IMG/VR virus record: IMGVR_UViG_2731957969_000006
Source of the DNA: an uncultured virus (IMG/VR IMGVR_UViG_2731957969_000006)
Taxonomy: Duplodnaviria > Heunggongvirae > Uroviricota > Caudoviricetes
Strand: one strand, 5' to 3'
DNA length: 64,000 nt
Under the pieces are notes generated by a model. That model did no database searches. It was not told where the DNA came from and saw nothing but the letters and a program-made list of their open reading frames with translations. Below are positions 29,605 to 40,523 of the stretch, one piece after another (within the stretch, counting starts at the first letter, position 1; each line of letters begins with the position of its first letter). Position numbers and translations under genes: made by a program.

Positions 29605-30204
29605 ATGGCAACGATACTATCGTGGCCACGCTCCATCGTGCCAACCACGCTGAGTTGGCAACTCGTGAGTAACAGCAAAACCTTTACATCAACCTTTACG
29701 GGAAGTGTGCAGACCGTACGCTTCCCTGGTTCGCGTTGGCGTTGCAGTATGTCATTTAATAATTTGACCGATGAGCAAGCAAGGGTTTTAGAGGCATTTG
29801 TTGCTGAGTTAGATGGTGAGAGTGGTCGAGTGAAAATTGGTGATTGGGCGCGTTCTGGTTTAACTCAACGCGGTAAACCTAAAGTTAGCCAACCTAACCA
29901 ATCTGGAAAACTATTAGAGAGTAAAGACTGGTTACCCAATAGCATTGTTTTACGAATTGGTGATTATATCACGGTGAATGATGAACTGAAGCGTGTGACA
30001 GCGAATGTGATCAGTGATGCACAAGGAAATGCAACAATTCCTATTGCCCCCATATTGCGTTACGCACCTGCAGTAAATGATTTGATAGAAAATGAAGTAC
30101 CCTACGGCATTTTTAAATTAACCAGTAATGATCAGGGAAATTTCCAACGTAAACCAGGCATACTGACCAGCACTTCTTTATCATTCGAGGAGGCGTTAAC
30201 ATGA
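29605..30204 (+). CDS. Distal tail protein (putative)
   Basis: Directly after the tape measure gene. Confidence 0.65.
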   Translation: MATILSWPRSIVPTTLSWQLVSNSKTFTSTFTGSVQTVRFPGSRWRCSMSFNNLTDEQARVLEAFVAELDGESGRVKIGDWARSGLTQRGKPKVSQPNQSGKLLESKDWLPNSIVLRIGDYITVNDELKRVTANVISDAQGNATIPIAPILRYAPAVNDLIENEVPYGIFKLTSNDQGNFQRKPGILTSTSLSFEEALT

Positions 30205-30782
30205 AATATCATCCCTTTAGTAATGATATGGTTAAGGCAATTAATGAGGGATATTATTTGGTTGTTGCCTCTCGTTTAGATCTAAAATCAGGCGTGGTGC
30301 GCGCACATACCGGTGTGGGTAATATCATTATTGCAGGTGAAATTTACCAAGGTGTTGGTCAGTTTGGTGCAATTGAGTCTGTGGGGGAAAATATGACCAC
30401 AAGCCCACAACAGCTTATTATGAAACTCTCAGGTTTTGATTCTTCATTAATTGGAGATGTGATGAATGAACGGGTTCGAGGTCGAAATGCGCAGTTGATG
30501 TTAGTTGCATTAAATGAAGAAGGGAAACCTGCGCTTGCTGAGGTTTTATTTGCTGGCCAAATATCCACAATTGGCGTGACAACAGGTGAAGAGAATGAAA
30601 TAGCGGTGACTGTTTCTAATCGATTTGAACGCTGGTCTTATGGGTTACCTGACAGATTTACTGATGAATCATGGTCTAAACGCAAGAAAGGAGATAGAAT
30701 ATTTCGTTATGTGGCGCAGATGGCTGATCGGGCTATTTATTGGGGTAGCAAGAAAAATGCACCTGCGTTTATTTATAAATAA
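30201..30782 (+). CDS. Minor tail/baseplate protein
   Basis: YQGVG.FG.I motif; ATGA coupling. Confidence 0.65.
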   Translation: MKYHPFSNDMVKAINEGYYLVVASRLDLKSGVVRAHTGVGNIIIAGEIYQGVGQFGAIESVGENMTTSPQQLIMKLSGFDSSLIGDVMNERVRGRNAQLMLVALNEEGKPALAEVLFAGQISTIGVTTGEENEIAVTVSNRFERWSYGLPDRFTDESWSKRKKGDRIFRYVAQMADRAIYWGSKKNAPAFIYK

Positions 30783-30793
30783 AGGATGAAGGG

Positions 30794-31435
30794 ATGAAAA
30801 TAGATAATACTTATATAACTGCTGCAAAGTTTTTATTAGAAATTGATTCTATTTTTATTTCTATTGATGAACTAAAAGAAAAGTTAAATATTGGTTATAA
30901 TCACGCTTCGGCTATATTAGAAGATTTAGCAACGCGAGGTATTGTTGACCAAGGTGAATTTATTAATGAGAAATGGGTATTTGTTATTGATAAAGAAAAG
31001 TTAGGCCTATTTCTTTTAGTTAACGATCCCATATTTAAAACAAGAGTAGATGAAAAATCTGAGTTAACGAGTAGCTCAAATGGTTTCTTATATACCCTTA
31101 TTTTTATTTTGATAGCGGCGCCATTATTCTATTTGTTTTTAACTTTTATTTTTGGTGACAAGAAAAAAGAAATAGATTATTGCAATAGTGAGGAGCGTGC
31201 TTATTTAGCATCAACAAATATGGTTAGGAATACCTTAAAATCGCCATCTTCAGCAAAGTTCCCGCACTATACTGAAGTTGAAATTTATCCAGCGGGTCAA
31301 TGCTCATTTCAAATAAAATCGTATGTTGATGCAAAAAATGGGTTTGGCGCCATGATAAGAAAACCATACTTAACAGTCGTTACCTATGATGAAAAAACAC
31401 AATCCTATCTACAGAAATCATTAAATTTTGAATGA
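30794..31435 (+). CDS. Moron: FtsK-gamma-like wHTH, TM helix and periplasmic domain
   Basis: KLNIGYNHASAILEDL..GIV; TM at ~aa 98-120; LKSPSSAKF..VDAKNGFGA; AT-rich. Confidence 0.7.
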   Translation: MKIDNTYITAAKFLLEIDSIFISIDELKEKLNIGYNHASAILEDLATRGIVDQGEFINEKWVFVIDKEKLGLFLLVNDPIFKTRVDEKSELTSSSNGFLYTLIFILIAAPLFYLFLTFIFGDKKKEIDYCNSEERAYLASTNMVRNTLKSPSSAKFPHYTEVEIYPAGQCSFQIKSYVDAKNGFGAMIRKPYLTVVTYDEKTQSYLQKSLNFE

Positions 31436-31458
31436 GATAAACACAGAATGTTATCCAT

Positions 31459-31483
31459 GACCCGCTTCGGCGGGTTTTTTATT
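31459..31483 (+). terminator. Rho-independent terminator
   Basis: ACCCGC-TTCG-GCGGGT plus T-run. Confidence 0.85.
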
Positions 31484-31497
31484 GTCTGGAGAAAATA

Positions 31498-31896
31498 ATG
31501 AGACACCCTCAATGGACTACTCGCCTACCTGAAACCTTGAAAAATGCCATTAATCGCCCTTTCGTATGGGGTGAACATGATTGTTGTTTGTTTGCTTCTG
31601 ACTGTGTCATAGCCGTTTGTAATTTCGATCCCTGCGAACGTATTCGTGGGCGTTATAAAACAAAAACTGGCGCATTCAGAGTGTTACAAAAAGAGTTTGG
31701 AACATTGGACGGAGCAGTGAGCCGTTTTTTTGATGAAATTCCAATAAATGAAGCTGGTCGTGGTGACATTGTGATGTTCGAGGGTGACGAAGGGGATACG
31801 TTAGGGGTGTTATGGGCGGGTAAATTATGGGCTGTCTCAACAGATGGCGTTCGTGCGGTGAGCAATAAACCAAAAAAAGCATGGAGAGTACAATAA
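31498..31896 (+). CDS. NlpC/P60-like tail assembly protein (DUF6950-like)
   Basis: PFVWGEHDCCLF, RGDIV. Confidence 0.75.
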   Translation: MRHPQWTTRLPETLKNAINRPFVWGEHDCCLFASDCVIAVCNFDPCERIRGRYKTKTGAFRVLQKEFGTLDGAVSRFFDEIPINEAGRGDIVMFEGDEGDTLGVLWAGKLWAVSTDGVRAVSNKPKKAWRVQ

Positions 31897-34800
31897 ATGG
31901 GTAAGACTGTCACAAGCGTTGTCTCCGCGGGCTTAATGATAGCAGGTGTTATTGCTACGGGTGGTTTGGGGACTGCATTAATTGTTGCTGGCATTGCTGT
32001 TCAAGCTGCAAGTGCGTTTATCTTTAAAGATAAGGTGCCCGGCTCAGGCTATCGGGATCAGTCCGAACGTAAACAGATGTTGCGTTCAGCATCAGCACCA
32101 GAAACGGTCGTTGTAGGTAAAACAATGATGTCAGGCTTGCTTTTTTTGCTGAAGAGGAAGAGGGCGAACAAGATGAAAATGAAGAACTCTACATGGCGTT
32201 AGCCATAGCCTCCCACCCCATCCATAAATTAGGTCAAATTTATTTCAATGATGACAAAATTGAAGATTTAGGCGACAACGCACAATATGAATTTCATAAT
32301 GGCCGAACTGAAGCAGATCCCTATTTATTAAAACATGCCCCATCATGGAAAGAAGATATGATTGGTCGAGGGCTTGCTTGGTTACGCTTAACATTACGCT
32401 TTGATCAAGAAAAGTTCCCTTATGGTGTGCCTAATGTTAAAAGTGAACTATGGGGAAAAGAAATTTATGATCCCCGTACCGAAAAAACAGCGTGGTCAAA
32501 TAATGGTGCTTTGGTCATATTAGATTATTACCGTCACTATTTGGGGGTTCCGGACTCTGATATTGATTGGAATGCATTTAAAGTCGCAGCAGATATTTGT
32601 GATGAAACCGTACAAACGCCTGATGGAAAAAGTGAGCCTCGATATACATTAAATGGTGCCTATGAACTTGAAGAGAGTCCCGCTTCTGTATTAGAGATGA
32701 TGCATAAATGCATTGCCGGCGAACCGACCTATATTGCAGGTAAGCACGGTATTTTGATGCAGGTTTATAATGGGCCTGCATTACTCACAATTGATGAGTC
32801 ACAAATTATCGATACGGTAACGGTGACACCAGAACTTTCTTTGCGTGATGCGACTAATGCGATTTACGGTACTTTCGTTGATGCAGAGCAACAATATAAC
32901 AAAACTGATTTTGAACCCGTAGTTATTGAGGAGTGGATAGAAGAAGACGGCTTAGAAATTAAAGAAAATATGGACTACCGTTTTGTAACCAGTCCATACC
33001 AAGCCAATCGACTAGCCAATCTTTATTTACGTAAAAAACGTGCCGGTCGTCGTATTCAATTGCGCATGAATTTAGATGGCTATGCGTATCGCCCTGGTGA
33101 TGTTATCAAGCTCGAGTTACCTTCATTAGGGATCAGTGATTTAGAATTTCGTATTGCTGATTGGAAATTTCACCCATCAGAGGGGGTAGAGATTACTCTC
33201 GAAGAAGATGGTCCTTATATCTATGAAGACTTAGCCAGTAAACCTTTTGTTAGACCCCCATTCACTAAATTACCCACTGGTGGTGTAGCGGCACCGATTA
33301 ATCTGGCCTTTGTTCCACTTTCTGTCACAGACATTGTTCAAGGGTATATTTCATGGCAGAACGTGGCATCGGATATTCGCTATAACACGGTTAATATTCT
33401 CCAAAACGGCAAAGTCATTCAGTCTATTCAGGTACCGGGTGAGCGTGTTGATATTAATGGTTTAACTCGAGGCACTTATCGTGTTGAGGTGAGAGCAATT
33501 AATGTGGCCGGCGCCATGTCTGCACCCGCTATTAGTGATTTTGCTATTCAGGCACCGCCTGCACCGATTAGCGTTGAAATAACACCGGGTATGTTCAGTT
33601 TAACAGCATCACCAAGGCAGGGGGATAGCGCTGTATTTGGTTATACCTTTGAGTTTTGGTTTAGTGAAAAGAAACTCGCTAATCTTTCTGAAAATGAGGT
33701 GATCACCAAAACAAACAAAGTTGGTCAAGGGAATTTCTGGACGCAAGAGAATTTAAAAGCGGGACACACTTACTATTTTTATATCCGAACGATAAATAGT
33801 TATGGCAAATCTGTTTTCGTAGAAGCCTCTGGTGTTCCAGTTTCGCTACCCACAGATATTTTTGATGATTTAGATAACACGGTTAGAGAAACGGAGGCTT
33901 TCAAACAACTCAGCGAAGAACTGAAATGGAACACCGAGTCTATTGCAGTACTGACAAACGCCACTTACTCGCTCTCTACGGATGTATTGCAACGTTCTGC
34001 TAATGCGCAGGCCGGTATTACTCAACTACAACAACTCCGAGTTTCTGATAATGAAGCCTGGGCGCAGGAAATCAAAGAAATTTATTCTGCTGTTGGTGAG
34101 AATAAATCGGCGATTCGGGAGACTCAAACATCAATAACCGAGTTAAACAAGGCGTTCGGCCAAACAACTACGGAGATCCGCACAGAGTTAAAAACAACCA
34201 ATGATGCAACAAATAAACGCATTGATGATACCAACCAGAAGTTAGGCAATACAGATAAAGAAATCGGCCGTATTCGTGCAGATGTTGCGACTAACAAAGA
34301 GGCGATATCTGAAACGAATAAAGCCATGGCTAAATCCGAAGAGCAGGTACAAGCGCAATTCGGCAAACAGCAGGGCATGATTAACCAAAAAATGCAGGCT
34401 GAATTTAGTCAAACCGGTGACGGTGTAGTTACCCATTCCATCAACATTACGATTGTTCATAACAACGTGAAATACAATGCAGCAGGGCAAGTAATTAGTG
34501 CTCAGGTTAAGAACGGCAAGCTTGAAAGTTTCATAGGCTATAACGCGAATAACTTTGCTTGGTATAACCCTGTAAATGGCAAGATGGAATTATTCATGTA
34601 TGCCAAAAACGGGCAGTTGTTTATTCGAGACTTATTTATCGAAGATGGCTCTATTACAAATGCAAAAATAGGGAATGTGATTCAATCTAATAATTATTTA
34701 AATGGGAGGCCGAGCTGGATAATTAATAAAAATGGGTTTGCTGAATTCCAGAATATAAAAGCGAGAGGAGAAATAGAGGCAACTTCTGGACGTTTAAAAA

Positions 34801-35315
34801 ATGTTGTTATTGAAGAAAGTTGTGACATTCTCGGTAAGCTAAAAGTTGAGAATTTAGAGGGGAATACAGTCACAGTTACTCAGGACGTTTATCACAACCT
34901 CTCATTCTCTCATAACAATATTGTTGAGCTATTTAAAGTTAAACGCAGAACTCAAAAGTGTTTTATATGGGTGCAAGGAGCATTAAATCCTTACGAAAGA
35001 ATACCCAATAATGGCGTGAAACCGGAAAATCGTTCAGCATTTGCATATCGTGCACCGATGTACAGAAATGGAGCGGGGGTGGCTGATATCTATATTGATG
35101 GAGTTATCCAGCCTAGGCCGAGCATCTATAACATGGAAGACACAGCAACATCTGATTTTTATGCTGTAAATGAGTTTGTACTGGAATTAAGTCCGGGTGA
35201 AGGAGTTGCAAGTATTGGTATAAAAATCCCTCAAGGTGGCAGTGAAACGACGCGTTTTATTATGCGAGCCAGAATAATCGTATTCCCAGATAACCAAGAT
35301 GTTATTTTTAATTAA
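31897..35315 (+). CDS. Tail tip/central fibre protein (gpJ-like), split by a 1-bp deletion in the T7 run at 32141-32147
   Basis: The two track ORFs fuse if one T is added; FN3-like and FIEDGSITNAKIG motifs. Confidence 0.88.
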
Positions 35316-35331
35316 TTAGGAATTCATAATC

Positions 35332-36723
35332 ATGATATACACAACAGGCACTGTTAGCACAGTGTCAGGGTCTGCTATTGTCTCTGGCACAGGTACCAAA
35401 TGGACAGTTAATAATCCCGCTATTCGCTCAGGAACCATTATTTTAATTAAAAACGGTAATGCTAATTTTATTTACATGGTGGATAGAGTTAATAGCGATA
35501 CAGAATTAGTCATTTCACAACCGGCTACATTTACCGTAAAAAACACCAGTTACAGTATTAATCTCACTGAGCCGAACTCATACAGCGACGCTAATAATCG
35601 TATGACCGCTATTGCATCAGATACGACGTATTTTCTGCGAGCAATGGACCAATGGATGATGAATAACGGTGTGGTGACAGTAGAGCTATCTAACGGGCAA
35701 AAAGTAACGTTAGATAGCATTAAGAAAATGCAGGGGGATATTAGTAGTAAATTTGATTTAAAAAAGGGAGGAGCACAAAAAGGGGTTGGCGAATTACAGT
35801 TAAATTCAGCGATTGGTGTATCCAGTGATGATATGAAGCAGCGGGTATGGCTTTCTTTATTTAGCGGGTTTCCTCAAATCAAATCAGTAATTGATGGAGT
35901 GGCTTATAATTATAATCTCCCCAAATCCAGTGGCACCATGATGTTAGTTGGAGATTATGGCATTGGTGGAAAAGCTCCTTATGTTAGTGATGATATTGTT
36001 AAAGACACGCTCAGGGGGACAGGATTTTTTTCTCAGGGAGCTAATGCAGGTAGTAATTACTTTGGTGGTTATGGTTCAGGATTTTCGATTCAATATGATA
36101 ATAATATAGCCATAAAATTATTCATTAACGGAAACGGACAAGTAACATCGGAATGCTTGAATAGTGGATACCAAAGAAGAAGTGTTTTATGGGGCACTGG
36201 CAACACAACAACAGACCCTCAAGGTTTCATCAAAAAAGCCTCCCCAATCATCGACATCAATCCCGACGGCACATTCACCACTAACGACGAATCAGAAGGT
36301 GCTACAGTTACTCGAGTAGCTCAGGGTGAATATCTTATCGAGGGTGTACTCGGCTTTAACTCAGATGCAGGTTGGGGTGGTGTTGATGGTGGTATTGAAA
36401 TTCCACTTGATGTTAATAAACAGCCGTTGATATGGGTAGACTCTGACGTTATGGAGGACGGTTCTATCCTCGTGAGAACGTATCATCGAACTCACCCTAA
36501 CGCACCTGAGTTTGCCAATAATAAAATTGATGGTTACAAAGACGGCGACCCGATTGATATCCCTGATGGTCGTTTCATTTCCGTTCGTGTACAGATGCCA
36601 GAGCAATCAATCTATAACGTGAGAATGCGTGAGATGGAAGAGGCACAGAAAGCGGAAGAGGAACGCAGGAAAAAAGAAGAGGGAGAAAATCAGGATAATA
36701 TAAGCAATATTTATTCCGATTAA
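35332..36723 (+). CDS. Side tail fibre protein
   Basis: YTTGTV..VSGTGTKW N-terminus; GFIKKASP and IEIPLD.N.QPLIWV C-terminal domain. Confidence 0.88.
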   Translation: MIYTTGTVSTVSGSAIVSGTGTKWTVNNPAIRSGTIILIKNGNANFIYMVDRVNSDTELVISQPATFTVKNTSYSINLTEPNSYSDANNRMTAIASDTTYFLRAMDQWMMNNGVVTVELSNGQKVTLDSIKKMQGDISSKFDLKKGGAQKGVGELQLNSAIGVSSDDMKQRVWLSLFSGFPQIKSVIDGVAYNYNLPKSSGTMMLVGDYGIGGKAPYVSDDIVKDTLRGTGFFSQGANAGSNYFGGYGSGFSIQYDNNIAIKLFINGNGQVTSECLNSGYQRRSVLWGTGNTTTDPQGFIKKASPIIDINPDGTFTTNDESEGATVTRVAQGEYLIEGVLGFNSDAGWGGVDGGIEIPLDVNKQPLIWVDSDVMEDGSILVRTYHRTHPNAPEFANNKIDGYKDGDPIDIPDGRFISVRVQMPEQSIYNVRMREMEEAQKAEEERRKKEEGENQDNISNIYSD

Positions 36724-36731
36724 TATAAAAA

Positions 36732-36770
36732 GATAATCACAATATAATTAATCTTCACATTGTGATTATC
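36732..36770. terminator. 12-bp inverted repeat between convergent genes
   Basis: GATAATCACAAT ... ATTGTGATTATC. Confidence 0.55.
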
Positions 36771-36784
36771 AATTATTCTAAAAT

Positions 36785-37474
36785 TTAGACACCAAACTTA
36801 AAAGCGAAAACAACTTCACCCATAAAATCTAATCCATCATTTAAATCGATATTATCTTCGGCTAATGTTTTTCTAGATAGGATATATCCATAATCTGGGT
36901 CAGAACTGTCCCTACCTGTTCGCAGGGTAGCACTAAAGATTTTTCCTGAAGCAAGTTTTAAATTGTTTTTATCAGATGATGATTGCTTTTGGGTGGTCCA
37001 GCCAGTTAATATATCTTTGACAAGGAAATTTGAGTTCGAATTATTCGATGCGTTAAGTTTTCCAATATAAACGGATTTATCATCTACTTTTATATCATCG
37101 ATGTAGATTAGAAAACCGCCCACTTCTTGGGCCGTATTTTCAGCGTTGACCAATCCAAAGGTACTATTAGCCCAAGACACATAAGGATCTTTGGCCTTAT
37201 AGGTATCCGATGCAACAAAGGTTAGGTATGTAGCAGCATCACAAGATATTGTGATGTTAGCTTCCTTAGCACCTAAATTATACTTAGACGTCATGGGAAT
37301 AAGTGACGGTGATATTTTACCGTAATCAATAATAATATCATTATCGCCACCATTAATAGTACAAGTAGGGGGTATGATATCACCGTTGATTTTTAAGTTA
37401 GCTACAGGGGGTTTAGCTAACACTGGTGTTGATACTATAGCCAGCATAGTAAGACTGAGTAATAATTTTTTCAT
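36785..37474 (-). CDS. Secreted pilin-like protein (DUF1120/fimbrial fold)
   Basis: Signal peptide VLA, LKINGDIIPPTC, IDYGKI, ITISC Cys pair. Confidence 0.75.
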   Translation of the reverse strand: MKKLLLSLTMLAIVSTPVLAKPPVANLKINGDIIPPTCTINGGDNDIIIDYGKISPSLIPMTSKYNLGAKEANITISCDAATYLTFVASDTYKAKDPYVSWANSTFGLVNAENTAQEVGGFLIYIDDIKVDDKSVYIGKLNASNNSNSNFLVKDILTGWTTQKQSSSDKNNLKLASGKIFSATLRTGRDSSDPDYGYILSRKTLAEDNIDLNDGLDFMGEVVFAFKFGV

Positions 37475-37650
37475 ATTATTATTCCTTTTTAGAGGATAAG
37501 TAACAAATTAATATTGTATTATACACCTTCTGTTTATTTAATGGTAAAAGAAATATGTGTATTTTAATACATCTAATTTAGATTTTCTTACGCTGAGTTT
37601 ATTTTAATATCTGATGTTATCTAAAAGAGATAATTATAAATAGACCTTTC

Positions 37651-37781
37651 TGATACCCCTAATAGCTGTTTTGTTTTTTTAAGTGTATTTGTGTGCAGAT
37701 TATTGCCAGAGCAATCAATCTATAAGATGAGAATATGTGAATGGAATAAGCACAGAAATTGAAAAAGGGCGTAGGAGAAAA
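37651..37781 (+). pseudogene. Degenerate duplicate of the tail-fibre 3' end
   Basis: 37704-37725 is identical to 36596-36617 (22 bp), with degenerate flanking homology. Confidence 0.75.
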
Positions 37782-37998
37782 TATTAAAATGATGTTTGTT
37801 AACATTCATTGAAAATGTTATCTTACTAAAAATAGCGTGAATGATTCTTTTTTGGAATGCTTTTATTTACTTTATTTTTATTTTAATTTTTATATGGAAT
37901 AATAATTTTTATTCTTATTTTTAGAGATAAAAATCACTAATAGTCATATAATAAATAGTATATAGATGGTTATATGTCATTATGCACGGTGGTGAAAA

Positions 37999-39120
37999 TT
38001 GAAAACGCTAACTATTAAAATCAGTCTTTTTGTATTGTCACTGTTTTTTCCTCTCCTAACAAAAGCACTTGTTATTCCAGATAATGGAACGGGGTATATA
38101 GGTGAATTAGTACCTCCCCAATCATATATGTCACTTCGTAGTAGTGGTAATAGATATGGAGCGGCTGTAGGTGTTAATAACATTGTAGATTATTGTAGTA
38201 AAAATAGTGCACAATGGCAGAGTTTTTTATTCCCATTCCCAGGAAGTCAAGAGGGGGAGTACGGATTAAAATTATATAATAAAAACGTAAGTGAAGCGGA
38301 AAATAGGGAAAATTATTTAGTTGCAGCTATCAATGGAATAGTATCTATCGATGCTGTGTATTATCAGAATGGAACATATTCTCCGACTCGAATTACTCTG
38401 CGCCGAGGAAAAGAAATTTCTAGAACAGAGGAATATTCCAATCAATTTGTCTATCGTCACCCAATGTGCTGGTATGGTTATTTATCTCGTGTAAACAATA
38501 CTAGCTTGAAAATAAGCTCTTATTCTATTTATGCAGTAGGTCATGTTAAACCTGGTATTTACGATTTTGTAGCTCCGATATATTTTACTACAGCTCAAAC
38601 AGCAACTGATGCTCCTCCAGATCTATCTTCAGTTCCTTTTTCATTTGGTAATGGTCCTATTCACGTCTTAAAAACATGTAATGTTGCTCCTGCTAGCTCA
38701 ACAAACATACAATTTGCTACTCAACTAGCACAAAATTTTAAGTCAGCCAAGTTACTTGAGCAAAATGTCGCTAGTATGCTTGTCTCTTGTCCTCATTCAG
38801 GAAATATATACGTGACATTAAAGCCCTATAATGAGCTAGTCAATGGGAGTAAAACTGGGATGACAATGTCTCCCAATATCCCTTTGAAAGATAAAGAAGT
38901 CGCACCTTATATCACTGTATCTGATGCAGCTAAAAAAATAACTAATGCAGTATGTAATAACAATTCTTCCGAAGCCTTAGAGTTTTATGCAGGACAATCT
39001 TTGGGGAAATATAATGGGGGAACTGTTTATAAGTCATTATCATTCAACCTCTGTGCCAATGGGAATATACCTACAAATACTTATAAAGGAAGTATTGATG
39101 TATCGTTCCTGATTGAATGA
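37999..39120 (+). CDS. Fimbrial tip adhesin (two-domain, chaperone-usher type)
   Basis: Signal peptide; C-terminal pilin domain KTCNV..VSC..YKGSIDVSFLIE. Confidence 0.75.
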   Translation: MKTLTIKISLFVLSLFFPLLTKALVIPDNGTGYIGELVPPQSYMSLRSSGNRYGAAVGVNNIVDYCSKNSAQWQSFLFPFPGSQEGEYGLKLYNKNVSEAENRENYLVAAINGIVSIDAVYYQNGTYSPTRITLRRGKEISRTEEYSNQFVYRHPMCWYGYLSRVNNTSLKISSYSIYAVGHVKPGIYDFVAPIYFTTAQTATDAPPDLSSVPFSFGNGPIHVLKTCNVAPASSTNIQFATQLAQNFKSAKLLEQNVASMLVSCPHSGNIYVTLKPYNELVNGSKTGMTMSPNIPLKDKEVAPYITVSDAAKKITNAVCNNNSSEALEFYAGQSLGKYNGGTVYKSLSFNLCANGNIPTNTYKGSIDVSFLIE

Positions 39121-39618
39121 TGTGTTAATTTGATATTCAGAACATTGATAGCGCGCTAAGCATTGTTAATGGGGTATGGGCCGTATTAATCATAATAAAA
39201 TTTTCTCATTACAGTTGTTGCGATATCACAACATCTTAATGGTGAAAATCATCATGTAGCGTAAATCCGAGTCAAAGTATTTATTAGTGTCTTAGGCATT
39301 CCAGAGGGCGATTCTGCCCTCTGAGTTATTGAAAAAACATATCCTATTTTGTAATGAAGCCTGATCATTCAGTGTTAGAAGAGGAAGAAAATCAGTACAC
39401 CAATAAGATATCCCAAATTAATAACTAATTGATTATATAGCTCAGTCGGTTCTACTGGCGATAGCATCTAGCTATCAATTACTAAGTGCTTCCCCAAAAT
39501 TAACTTGTGTTATTTAATAAATCAAACAGTTATGAATGAATGAAGAACATGGGTTATTTGTTTAATTCTGATAAAAATATAAAATTAATCATATGGTTGG
39601 ATGCGTTATTAGAATATA

Positions 39619-39783
39619 ATGTTACGCCACATGGGTTGGACAGAAGCGGCTGACTTAATCATTAAAGGTATGGAAGGCGCAATCGAAGCGAAGACCGTTA
39701 CTTATGATTTCGAGCGTCTAATGGACGGCGCTAAATTGCTGAAATGTAGCGAGTTCGGTGACGCGATTATCAAGCATATGTAA
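39619..39783 (+). pseudogene. icd: Displaced icd 3' end (att duplication, 54 codons)
   Basis: [54 protein letters not shown]. Confidence 0.93.
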
Positions 39784-39804
39784 TTGTTGATTTGAGAAAT
39801 AGTT

Positions 39805-39835
39805 AACGGGAGCTTATTAGTTCCCGTTTGTTTTT
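39805..39835 (+). terminator. icd terminator carried with the att site
   Basis: AACGGGAGC..GTTCCCGTT; degenerate copy after 42692. Confidence 0.7.
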
Positions 39836-39940
39836 GTACTACAAAATTATTCCCCAAAACCCCACCAAAACTATTCCCCAAAACAGTACAATTAAAAATG
39901 TGGATTATCTGAAGTAATTTCTGAGAACAATGCGTGGTGT

Positions 39941-40357
39941 GTGAACTTAATTGATACTATTCAAGGTAATTCAGCAGAATATGAGCTCTATGTATTTGTG
40001 AAATCTTCTTATCATATTTCACTTCATCCTCAAAAATGGGGAATTCAAATTTATCATAAAGGTGTTATTACACACGCTTCAAGTCAAAGACCGCTTAATT
40101 TATTAGAGGGAAATAACTTTGTGCTCACAGGAAATAATTGGAATGGCGTGGATGTCGGTTTCCCCTGTGCGGTATTAATCACAATAATTGGGCATATTGG
40201 GATGATGGATTCGATGGGAGGAAAAACGATTAGAGTAACTCTTTGTGGACGAGGTAACCGTATTATCCCTCATTCCATGATAGTGTCCGGACAGATGTCA
40301 ACCACCTCATTAGGTAAGCAGTATTTTTATATTGATGTGAGGGAGTATGGTGGGTGA
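39941..40357 (+). pseudogene. 5'-truncated phage tail-associated gene fragment
   Basis: No clear SD; WGIQIY..YIDVREY resembles C-termini of tail-tip accessory proteins. Confidence 0.45.
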
Positions 40358-40523
40358 TAGAAGAGTTTAGATGGTTAGTTTAGTTATTGAGTACGAGAGA
40401 GCGCTAAAAAAGGATATATTCGTTGGTAGTCGGCTTTGTGCCTGCTGTGATTACTCAAGGTCTGAGAACAATAGCGAAGCTCATTCTTTTCATGATTCGT
40501 CCCCTAGAGTAATGAGTTAAGAC

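Larger units (their letters stand above)
1..39783. mobile_element. Prophage 1, HK97-like lambdoid siphophage integrated at icd (left att outside window)
   Basis: Complete module order int-xis-early left-cI/cro-rep-Q-lysis-HNH-ter-portal-capsid-tail-fibre, ending at a displaced icd 3' end. Confidence 0.93.
39490..39884 (+). repeat. Integrase arm-type site candidates TTCCCCAAAA
   Basis: Copies at 39490, 39850 and 39874, a variant at ~39861, and another copy at 42399. Confidence 0.65.

Noticed and set aside
32141..32202. Programmed frameshift in the tail tip gene (also considered for the capsid and gpU genes)
   Set aside because: These genes are normally continuous, and the same 1-bp-loss pattern recurs across the window; only the G-T site at 26033 fits a known programmed shift
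36557..37781. Tail-fibre end duplicate as a DGR template/variable repeat pair, or as a shufflon
   Set aside because: No reverse transcriptase or invertase in the window; differences include indels and are not adenine-specific; the repeats are direct, not inverted
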